From a virus (lineage: Duplodnaviria; Heunggongvirae; Uroviricota; Caudoviricetes): a stretch of DNA of 15,544 nt. A program made the position numbers and the translations under genes. Below the pieces are notes generated by a model, which had not been told where the DNA came from, did no database searches, and saw only the letters and a program-made list of their open reading frames with translations. Below, piece after piece: positions 9,384-15,544 of this stretch. The stretch lies in IMG/VR virus record IMGVR_UViG_2660238008_000002; one strand, 5' to 3'. Each line of letters opens with the position of its first letter. The stretch's first letter is position 1.

Positions 9384-10313
9384 GATCAACCATCTTACGG
9401 TGAACTGATCCAGATTGATGGCTCACCTCATGACTGGTTTGAAAATCGAGGCCCCAGATGTACACTGATCGTTTTCATTGATGATGCCACCAGTGCGTTG
9501 ATGGCGTTGCGTTTTGTGCCTGCTGAAACAACCCGGGCTTACATGGAAACCCTCCGGGGTTACCTTAATGATCATGGCGTACCGCTCGCTCTCTACTCTG
9601 ATAGACACAGTATATTCAGGGTAAATAACCCAGAGCGGGAAGGTGAGCTGACCCAGTTCACTCGTGCGATAAAGACACTGGGCATCGAGCCAATCCATGC
9701 CAACAGCCCGCAGGCAAAAGGGCGGGTAGAGCGCGCCAATCAGACACTACAGGACAGGCTGGTCAAAGAAATGCGGCTTCAGAATATCAGTGATATTGAA
9801 ACAGCAAATGCATGGTTGCCGACTTTTATTGAAGCCTATAACAACCGGTTCGCTACGTCGCCTCGTACTACTGATAATGCTCATCTTGATGTGCACCATT
9901 CTGAAGAGGAACTGGGTTATATCTTCAGCCTACAGGCGAAGCGCGTTCTGTCTAAAAATCTCACTTTCCAGTACAAAAGCAGTGCGTTTCAGGTACGCAG
10001 TGAGAGCCGGGGATATCGACTTAGGCATTCGGTTGTTACTGTATGCGAGAACTTTGACGGTGAAATTAACGTTCTGTATGACGGGAAAGCGCTGGGCTGG
10101 GAAAAGTATGTTGATGGCCCGGAGCCTATACCACTGGATGATGAAAAGAGTGTCCATGAACGAGTGGATAATGCCCGTATTGATTTACGCTCAAAATACT
10201 ATGTTAAACCTAAAGCTGACCATCCCTGGCTTACGCGCCGAACGCAAAGTCATCAGCAAGTTAAGCCCCCGAAGTTACCTAAAAAGAAGCCTGATCCCGA
10301 TAAAAAAGATTGA
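9384..10313 (+). pseudogene. 5'-truncated DDE integrase/transposase (rve-type catalytic core; IS481/ISNCY-like, family uncertain)
   Basis: Reading frame is open from 9384 just after an in-frame TAA. Candidate catalytic residues: first D in IQIDGSPHDWFE, second D in LYSDRHSIF, E in KGRVERANQTLQDRL. No ATG or GTG precedes the first catalytic motif (first standard start is TTG 9498 / ATG 9501) and no N-terminal DNA-binding domain is present. May correspond to the K-12 intK region. Confidence 0.6.
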
Positions 10314-10367
10314 AACCAAGATCGATTCGGTTGAGTGCATATCCATTCATAGGGTAGATTCTTAAGT

Positions 10368-10433
10368 CGCGTTTCTGGTGTTCATTTTCGGGTGGTTTGT
10401 TACTTGTTTTACCGGGGATATGCCAGAAACGCG
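10368..10433. repeat. Perfect 11-bp inverted repeat (cgcgtttctgg / ccagaaacgcg) with 44-bp spacer
   Basis: 10368-10378 is the exact reverse complement of 10423-10433. Located about 55 bp downstream of the integrase-fragment stop. No T-run follows, so it is not a classic intrinsic terminator. Confidence 0.7.
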
Positions 10434-10710
10434 CTGAGTCAGTCTGGGCGGTGCGCGTAATGAGGCGTTATGGTAAATAGCCTATGCTAATGTCCGCTAA
10501 GAGCAAGAAGCGGAAGTTGGCAGTTTTGTGGACTGTCCCCACAAAAGTGACTACAGAAATAGTTGCAATTCATAATTGATCATGGGTTGTCAGTTAAACT
10601 CGTGGCGATTTAAATAGACTAATTGGGAGTGCGTCCATTACTTATATCTTGTAATGTTAACTATCAGAAATGATACAAAGATAATATGTCTTTAAAGAAA
10701 AGGCTGATGG

Positions 10711-10735
10711 CGAAAAGTGGCCCGATGAGGGCCAC
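10711..10735 (-). terminator. Intrinsic terminator downstream of flxA
   Basis: On the minus strand: GTGGCCC-tcatc-GGGCCAC followed by CTTTTCG, 15 nt after the flxA stop. Confidence 0.5.
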
Positions 10736-10749
10736 AATACGGCTGTCAC

Positions 10750-11082
10750 TTAGACGTAAATATCAATGGTGCCAGCGGTATTTGTATCGTCTTTTTTCTC
10801 TTCTTTTTTATCAGGCTGAACTGTCGCGTCTTCATTCTTTTTCTCTGCCTGCTGCCTTAACAACTGCTCCAGTTGAGCCCAGAGGCTTTCAATTTGCTTC
10901 TGTACCAATGCAGCCATTTCTTTTTTCTGCTGTGTCGTCATCCCCTCTTCCGATGAGATTTTCCCAAGCTTTTCAGTCAGCACCTGAATTTGTCTTGTGA
11001 TTTTGGCTATTTCTGATGTTCCTTCCGGGGCGGAGTTGTTTGAAATAACGGTTGAGGTATTTCCCTGAATTGTGACAGACAT
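10750..11082 (-). CDS. flxA: FlxA (FliA-regulated prophage protein, coiled-coil rich)
   Basis: 110-aa ORF (MSVTIQGNTSTVISNNSAPEGTSEIAKITRQIQVLTEKLGK...) recognised as FlxA. AAGGAG SD upstream and a sigma-28 promoter (next feature). Confidence 0.85.
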   Translation of the reverse strand: MSVTIQGNTSTVISNNSAPEGTSEIAKITRQIQVLTEKLGKISSEEGMTTQQKKEMAALVQKQIESLWAQLEQLLRQQAEKKNEDATVQPDKKEEKKDDTNTAGTIDIYV

Positions 11083-11105
11083 AGATTTCTCCTTTTAAAA
11101 AAGCA

Positions 11106-11132
11106 CTATCGGCATGAACAAAAAAATCTTTA
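11106..11132 (-). promoter_or_regulatory. Sigma-28 (FliA) promoter of flxA
   Basis: Minus strand reads TAAAGATT-N11-GCCGATAG, against the consensus TAAAGTTT-N11-GCCGATAA, positioned about 25-50 nt upstream of the flxA ATG. Confidence 0.6.
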
Positions 11133-11284
11133 ATCGTATTTCTTGTGTCATTAATTGTTTGATGTTCAGATTGTTTTCCTCGCGGGCTGGCGCGCCTCAG
11201 AAAGTAAAGCTTGTTGACAGGGGTAAACGTTCGGCAATAATTTTCTGCCGCATGCGGGTGTTGCATAAAACGTGTTACGTTCCT

Positions 11285-11590
11285 TTATCGACAGGTCAGG
11301 TCACCGCTCACCCGCCGACGAGAAAGCAACACTGACATGCTAAAGCAAAAAATAGATGAATAAGTTGAGTTGTGCATATGTAGCCTGACCGTCACAAAGT
11401 ATATGGTGTCTGTACCAGTAAGATGATGGCCGGACTCTTTAAAAACGAGCTGACCTGCACAATACAGGATGGACTTAGCAATGGCTGCTCCTGGCAGAAA
11501 GCGGACAGTGATCACCGTTCTTACGACTACTTTCTGACTTCCTTCGTGACTTGCCCTAAGCATGTTGTAGTGCGATACTTGTAATGACAT
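11285..11590 (-). CDS. Hypothetical ORF (possibly the annotated ydfV equivalent); doubtful
   Basis: 101-aa ORF filling the flxA-relB gap. No convincing SD, its 5' end overlaps the relBE promoter/operator, and the composition is not protein-like. Listed only because a 101-aa ydfV is annotated in this position in K-12. Confidence 0.2.
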   Translation of the reverse strand: MSLQVSHYNMLRASHEGSQKVVVRTVITVRFLPGAAIAKSILYCAGQLVFKESGHHLTGTDTIYFVTVRLHMHNSTYSSIFCFSMSVLLSRRRVSGDLTCR

Positions 11591-11610
11591 TTGTAATTAC
11601 AAGAGGTGTA
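11552..11610 (+). promoter_or_regulatory. relBE promoter and relO operator
   Basis: -35 TTGCCC (11552-11557), 17-bp spacer, -10 GATACT (11575-11580). Operator repeats cTTGTAATgacatTTGTAATTACAAg span 11579-11603, overlapping the start site region, then SD AGAGGTG before the ATG at 11615. Confidence 0.7.
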
Positions 11611-11614
11611 AGAC

Positions 11615-11854
11615 ATGGGTAGCATTAACCTGCGTATTGACGATGAACTTAAAGCGCGTTCTTACGCCGCGCTTGAAAAAATGGGTGTAACTCCTTCTGA
11701 AGCGCTTCGTCTCATGCTCGAGTATATCGCTGACAATGAACGCTTGCCGTTCAAACAGACACTCCTGAGTGATGAAGATGCTGAACTTGTGGAGATAGTG
11801 AAAGAACGGCTTCGTAATCCTAAGCCAGTACGTGTGACGCTGGATGAACTCTGA
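11615..11854 (+). CDS. relB: RelB antitoxin
   Basis: 79-aa ORF MGSINLRIDDELKARSYA...PKPVRVTLDEL recognised as RelB. Stop overlaps the relE start (TGATG). Confidence 0.95.
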   Translation: MGSINLRIDDELKARSYAALEKMGVTPSEALRLMLEYIADNERLPFKQTLLSDEDAELVEIVKERLRNPKPVRVTLDEL

Positions 11855-12141
11855 TGGCGTATTTTCTGGATTTTGACGAGCGGGCACTAAAGGAATGGCG
11901 AAAGCTGGGCTCGACGGTACGTGAACAGTTGAAAAAGAAGCTGGTTGAAGTACTTGAGTCACCCCGGATTGAAGCAAACAAGCTCCGTGGTATGCCTGAT
12001 TGTTACAAGATTAAGCTCCGGTCTTCAGGCTATCGCCTTGTATACCAGGTTATAGACGAGAAAGTTGTCGTTTTCGTGATTTCTGTTGGGAAAAGAGAAC
12101 GCTCGGAAGTATATAGCGAGGCGGTCAAACGCATTCTCTGA
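11854..12141 (+). CDS. relE: RelE mRNA interferase toxin
   Basis: 95-aa ORF MAYFLDFDERALKEWRKLGSTVREQLKKKL... recognised as RelE, translationally coupled to relB. Confidence 0.95.
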   Translation: MAYFLDFDERALKEWRKLGSTVREQLKKKLVEVLESPRIEANKLRGMPDCYKIKLRSSGYRLVYQVIDEKVVVFVISVGKRERSEVYSEAVKRIL

Positions 12142-12212
12142 ACCAAAGCATGACATCTCTGTTTCGCACCGAAGGTGACACTTCTGCTTTGCGTTGACAG
12201 GAGAAGCAGGCT

Positions 12213-12368
12213 ATGAAGCAGCAAAAGGCGATGTTAATCGCCCTGATCGTCATCTGTTTAACCGTCATAGTGACGGCACTGGTAACGAGGAAAGACCTCT
12301 GCGAGGTACGAATCCGAACCGGCCAGACGGAGGTCGCTGTCTTCACAGCTTACGAACCTGAGGAGTAA
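12213..12368 (+). CDS. hokD: Hok-family small membrane toxin HokD (RelF)
   Basis: 51-aa ORF MKQQKAMLIALIVICLTVIVTALVTRKDLCEVRIRTGQTEVAVFTAYEPEE found by manual translation; it is below the size cutoff of the ORF track. Third gene of the relBEF operon; SD GGAG upstream. Confidence 0.85.
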   Translation: MKQQKAMLIALIVICLTVIVTALVTRKDLCEVRIRTGQTEVAVFTAYEPEE

Positions 12369-12438
12369 GAGACTCGGCGAGTGAGAAATCCCTCGCCACC
12401 TCTGATGTGGCAGGCATCCTCAACGCACCCGCACTTAA

Positions 12439-12463
12439 CCCGCTTCGGCGGGTTTTTGTTTTT
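12439..12463 (+). terminator. Intrinsic terminator after hokD
   Basis: cccgc-ttcg-gcggg hairpin followed by tttttgttttt. Confidence 0.6.
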
Positions 12464-12584
12464 ATTTTCAACGCATTTGAAGTTCTGGATGGTGCCGGAA
12501 TAGAATCAAAAATACTTAAGTAGCGCGCAGGGATAAGAGGGATGGTCCCTTAAAGGGGAGAGCTAATTATCCGGAAGGATTCTG

Positions 12585-12836
12585 ATGATGAACATCGAAG
12601 AACTGCGTAAAATTTTTTGTGAAGATGGCCTCTATGCTGTGTGCGTTGAAAATGGAAATATTGCTAGTCATTACCGCATTGTGTGTTTGCAAAAAAATGG
12701 GGCTGCGTTAATTAATTATGTGGATGCCCGAGTGACGGACGGATTTATCTTGCGCGACGGTGAGTTTGTCACTTCATTACAGGCATTGAAAGAGATCGGA
12801 ATAAAAGCTGGCTTTTCTGCTTTTTCAGAAGAATAA
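12585..12836 (+). CDS. rem: Rem-like small prophage protein, function unknown
   Basis: 83-aa ORF with AAGGA SD, in the position of rem (between hokD and ydfU) in K-12 Qin, with matching length. Confidence 0.65.
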   Translation: MMNIEELRKIFCEDGLYAVCVENGNIASHYRIVCLQKNGAALINYVDARVTDGFILRDGEFVTSLQALKEIGIKAGFSAFSEE

Positions 12837-12902
12837 ACTCATCTACAATCTTGCGCGGGGCTGAACTCCCGCTGAGTAACACCGTGCCACCGGAGAAAAC
12901 CG

Positions 12903-13181
12903 ATGGCACGCAACGCAAAATATTACAATCATGATAATTCGACCGTTCTTGCCCACACGCACGAGCGGTATTCTCACGCATTTAAGTCAGACTGGTACCA
13001 GCATCCCCCATGCACTGAAGAACAGGCCGAATGGCTCATTCAGTGTTACCGCAGGCGCGGATGCGAGGTTAAAAAAGCCCTTAGCCTCGACTACCGTCAC
13101 TGGATAATCTCCGTCAGGCTTCCTTACTCCGAACGCCCACCGCGTCCGTCCCGCACATTCCAGCAACGCATCTGGAGGTAA
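12903..13181 (+). CDS. Hypothetical 92-aa protein, translationally coupled to ydfU
   Basis: ATG at 12903 preceded by GGAGAAAA. Its stop at 13179-13181 sits within the ydfU ribosome-binding region. No recognisable domain; His/Cys/Arg-rich. Confidence 0.4.
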   Translation: MARNAKYYNHDNSTVLAHTHERYSHAFKSDWYQHPPCTEEQAEWLIQCYRRRGCEVKKALSLDYRHWIISVRLPYSERPPRPSRTFQQRIWR

Positions 13182-13182
13182 C

Positions 13183-14232
13183 GTGCGGGTATTACTTCGA
13201 CCTGTTCTGGTACCGGAACTCGGGCTGGTGATCGTTAAGCCGGGCCGTGAACCCATGCCGGTATTCCACAATACCCGGTTACTGGTGGAGCCGGAACCGA
13301 AAAGCATGCGTAATCTGCCGTCCGGGGTCGTTCCTGCCGCTCGCCAGCCGCTGGTGGAAGACAAAACATTGCTGCCGTTTTTCAGTAACGCACGGGTGAT
13401 TCGTGCTGCTGGTGGTGCTGGTGCATTGTCTGACTGGCTGTTGCGCCATATTAAATCCTGCCAGTGGCCACACGGCGATTATCATCACAGCGAAACCGTC
13501 ATTCACCGTTATGGTACCGGCGCAATGGTGTTGTGCTGGCACTGCGACAACCAGCTGCGTGACCAGACATCCGAATCACTCGAGCAACTAGCTCATCAAA
13601 ACCTGTCAGCATGGATGATTGACGTCATCGGTCACGCAATAAGCGGTACGCAGGAGCGTGAATTATCTCTGGCTGAATTATCCTGGTGGGCGGTCCGCAA
13701 TCAGGTGGCGGACGCGCTACCGGAAGCGGTATTACGTCGTTCGCTGGGGTTGCGTGCGGAAAAAATCCGCTCAATGTACCGTGAAAGCGACATCGTACCG
13801 GGAGAGCAGACCGCCACCAGCATACTGAAACAGCGCACAAAAAATCTTGCACCGTTGCCTCACGCCCACCAGCAACAAAACCCATCACAAGAAAAGACGG
13901 TGGTAAGCATCACCGTTGATCCAGAGTCTCCGGAATCTTTCATGAAGCTGCCTAAACGTCACCGTTGGGTTAAGGAGAAATACACACGCTGGGTTAAGAC
14001 ACAGCCGTGTGCTTGCTGCGGTATGCCAGCCGACGATCCGCATCATCTGATTGGTCACGGGCAGGGCGGAATGGGAACCAAAGCACATGATCTCTTTGTG
14101 TTGCCTTTGTGCAGAAAGCATCACGACGAGTTGCATACGGATACCGTGGCATTTGAAGAGAAGTATGGCTCCCAACTGGAGCTGATTTTTCGATTTATCG
14201 ATCGCGCGCTGGCAATTGGTGTGCTGGCCTAA
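13183..14232 (+). CDS. ydfU: YdfU-like prophage protein with C-terminal HNH-like zinc-finger motif (NinG/Rap-like position)
   Basis: 349-aa ORF starting at GTG 13183 with GGAGG 4 nt upstream. C-terminus carries CACCG...[10 protein letters not shown]...[12 protein letters not shown], a CxxC...HH...C..HH pattern typical of HNH-type nucleases. Located just upstream of Q, as ninG is in lambda. Confidence 0.75.
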   Translation: MRVLLRPVLVPELGLVIVKPGREPMPVFHNTRLLVEPEPKSMRNLPSGVVPAARQPLVEDKTLLPFFSNARVIRAAGGAGALSDWLLRHIKSCQWPHGDYHHSETVIHRYGTGAMVLCWHCDNQLRDQTSESLEQLAHQNLSAWMIDVIGHAISGTQERELSLAELSWWAVRNQVADALPEAVLRRSLGLRAEKIRSMYRESDIVPGEQTATSILKQRTKNLAPLPHAHQQQNPSQEKTVVSITVDPESPESFMKLPKRHRWVKEKYTRWVKTQPCACCGMPADDPHHLIGHGQGGMGTKAHDLFVLPLCRKHHDELHTDTVAFEEKYGSQLELIFRFIDRALAIGVLA

Positions 14233-14249
14233 TTTTGTGGAGTAAGTTG

Positions 14250-14627
14250 ATGCGTGATATTCAGATGGTTCTTGAGCGTTGGGGGGCATGGGCGGCTAAT
14301 AATCATGAAGATGTGACCTGGTCGTCCATTGCCGCCGGTTTTAAGGGATTAATTCCTTCAAAAGTAAGATCTCGTCCGCAATGCTGTGACGATGACGCGA
14401 TGATCATTTGTGAATGTATGGCTCGCCTGAAAAAAAACAACAGCGATTTACATGATTTATTGGTGGACTATTATGTCGGCGGCATGACTTTTATGGCGCT
14501 TGCACGTAAGCATGGGCGATCTGATTGTTGGGTTGGCAGGATGCTCCAGAAAGCTGAGGGCGTAGTGGAGGGCATGCTGATGGTGTTGGATCTCCGATTG
14601 GAGATGGATGCTGATTGTTCGAAATAA
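14250..14627 (+). CDS. Late-gene antiterminator Q (short QuuD / YbcQ-like type)
   Basis: 125-aa protein from ATG 14250 ([38 protein letters not shown]...), closely resembling DLP12 QuuD as I recall it. GGAG sits 7 nt upstream. The track ORF begins at an upstream TTG. Confidence 0.8.
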   Translation: MRDIQMVLERWGAWAANNHEDVTWSSIAAGFKGLIPSKVRSRPQCCDDDAMIICECMARLKKNNSDLHDLLVDYYVGGMTFMALARKHGRSDCWVGRMLQKAEGVVEGMLMVLDLRLEMDADCSK

Positions 14628-14639
14628 TTAAAGGAAAAG

Positions 14640-14668
14640 TTGCTGTCTGATTTTCATTAGTCTAACAT
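14640..14668 (+). promoter_or_regulatory. Candidate late promoter (pR'-like) downstream of Q
   Basis: TTGCTG (14640-14645), 17-bp spacer, TAACAT (14663-14668), in the expected position between Q and the downstream terminator. Sequence-based guess only. Confidence 0.3.
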
Positions 14669-14727
14669 TTTAAATGTTGGAATCGCAACGTAGTTATTAT
14701 CATATAACAGCTTGTTTCCTGATTTAG

Positions 14728-14754
14728 CCAGCCTCCCCAAAGGCTGGTTTTTTT
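14728..14754 (+). terminator. Intrinsic terminator (tR'-like) downstream of Q
   Basis: ccagcc-tccccaaa-ggctgg hairpin followed by seven T residues. Confidence 0.6.
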
Positions 14755-14782
14755 CTAATAAGTATCATTTCGGGTGGGGATT

Positions 14783-15307
14783 TTATTGTTTAACCCATAA
14801 TAGTTCATTGACATTGAATCCCAACTTTTGAGCGGTACGCACATAGTCTGCTTTTACATTATCTGGAATAGTTTGGGTCCTTGCCAGAATCCATAGGTAT
14901 TCTCTGTTCGGACCACTGACAAGAGCATACTTATACTCATCATCCAGTTTGATTACATTATAGCCACCATAGAAGGGGCCAAAAAACGAAACTTTCAACG
15001 CTGCAGTTTTAGTATCTCCAGTAAAGTATGCTTTACCTTCGCTCTCGCTCCATTTGTTTTTCGTTGGATCGTATCCACGGTTAAGTACGCGAATCCCTCC
15101 GTCGTTCCGTTTTTCATAAGTAGCGCTGACCTGTTCCAGACCACGTTCGAACCAGTTCTCGAGGCGAGCTATTTCATACCATTTTCCGAGGTAGCGGTTG
15201 GCGTCAAAATTTGTAATCGGCTGCACACCTTTAGGTGGTGTCGGGGCCTTACATGCTATAAGAGTGAAAGAGAGTGCAATGCCAGTCAACACAGGCCATA
15301 ACTTCAT
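14783..15307 (-). CDS. Blc-like bacterial lipocalin, outer-membrane lipoprotein
   Basis: 174-aa ORF with lipoprotein signal peptide and lipobox (LIAC). Lipocalin motifs NFDANRYLGKWYEIAR and FFGPFYGGYNVIKLD resemble chromosomal E. coli Blc; I estimate roughly 60-65% identity from memory. Confidence 0.85.
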   Translation of the reverse strand: MKLWPVLTGIALSFTLIACKAPTPPKGVQPITNFDANRYLGKWYEIARLENWFERGLEQVSATYEKRNDGGIRVLNRGYDPTKNKWSESEGKAYFTGDTKTAALKVSFFGPFYGGYNVIKLDDEYKYALVSGPNREYLWILARTQTIPDNVKADYVRTAQKLGFNVNELLWVKQ

Positions 15308-15385
15308 AATAAATCCTGTACTTTTGATAGTTGAGAGTAAGTATGAAAGATAGATGAGTACGACCGATCACTTAAAGAACTTTCC

Positions 15386-15544
15386 TGTAGATTCAATCTG
15401 TCAATGCAACACCCCTTTCAATTATCTCTTTCGGTGTTTTGAACTTCAGTGTCTTTCTCGGTCTGTTGTTTAGCTGAGCAGCAACCAGATCTAGTTCATG
15501 TTGAGTATATTGGGCAAGACATGTCTTTTTAGGAAAGTACTGCC
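15386..15544 (-). mobile_element. IS30 end (terminal inverted repeat plus 3' end of transposase gene), element continues beyond window
   Basis: TGTAGATTCAATCTGTCAATGCAACA at 15386-15411 matches the IS30 terminal repeat. Minus-strand translation of 15393-15544 ends ...QYTQHELDLVAAQLNNRPRKTLKFKTPKEIIERGVALTD*, which I recognise as the IS30 transposase C-terminus. Confidence 0.8.

Noticed and set aside
9423-9698. 91-aa minus-strand ORF overlapping the start of the integrase fragment
   Set aside because: Antisense to the frame that carries DDE motifs.
9790-10365. 191-aa plus-strand ORF overlapping the integrase fragment in another frame
   Set aside because: The DDE motifs are in the other frame; no signs of programmed frameshifting such as a slippery heptamer.
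10686-11000. 104-aa plus-strand ORF antisense to flxA
   Set aside because: Overlaps flxA, which has a promoter, SD and terminator; the antisense frame has none.
10973-11335. ORFs of 97 aa (minus) and 73 aa (plus) across the flxA promoter region
   Set aside because: They span the sigma-28 promoter and flxA 5' end, with no SD.
12030-12346. Minus-strand ORFs of 64 and 73 aa over relE and hokD
   Set aside because: Antisense to two well-supported toxin genes.
12466-12584. Near-palindrome cccttaaaggg upstream of rem as a possible operator
   Set aside because: Imperfect and short, with no second copy; not distinguishable from chance.
6398-13415. Three Chi octamers (GCTGGTGG) at about 6398, 13350 and 13408
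   Set aside because: Roughly the density expected by chance in E. coli DNA; no clustering or orientation pattern suggesting a specific role.
12987-14289. Several minus-strand ORFs (62-134 aa) within ydfU and the 92-aa ORF
   Set aside because: Antisense to coding frames with better support; Arg/Pro/Cys-rich composition typical of artefacts.
1-15544. CRISPR arrays, tRNA or rRNA genes
   Set aside because: No regularly spaced direct repeats and no tRNA-like cloverleaf or rRNA-like sequence were seen anywhere in the window.

Overview
This window reads as an Escherichia coli chromosomal segment running from the speG-ynfB / ynfA / rspA-rspB neighbourhood into a Qin-like lambdoid prophage inserted in the MFS transporter gene ydfJ. 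I do not see a clearly novel, self-contained system; nearly everything maps to a family I recognise from memory. No database search or alignment was possible, so all identities are recalled, not verified. Core genes (about 1-4010): a possible ynfC 3' end, speG, ynfB, ynfA, rspA, rspB. The prophage starts near 4160 with the first ~30 codons of ydfJ, then carries an apparently intact tyrosine integrase, a putative excisionase, an 823-aa exonuclease with a DnaQ-like DEDDh C-terminal domain, ydfD, dicB and the DicF sRNA. Where K-12 Qin has its dicA/dicC immunity region there is instead a 5'-truncated DDE (rve-type) integrase/transposase fragment. Further on are flxA with a sigma-28 promoter, the relB-relE-hokD toxin-antitoxin operon with its relO operator, rem, a 92-aa ORF coupled to ydfU (HNH-like motif), a short QuuD-like Q antiterminator with a candidate late promoter and terminator, a Blc-like lipocalin lipoprotein on the opposite strand, and the end of an IS30 copy at the window edge. 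The least-characterised parts, and the best places to look for new biology, are the orphan non-coding stretches at 9006-9383 and 10314-10710 (the latter with a perfect 11-bp inverted repeat), the 92-aa ORF plus ydfU pair, the mosaic exonuclease and the lipocalin cargo gene. No CRISPR array, tRNA or rRNA was seen.
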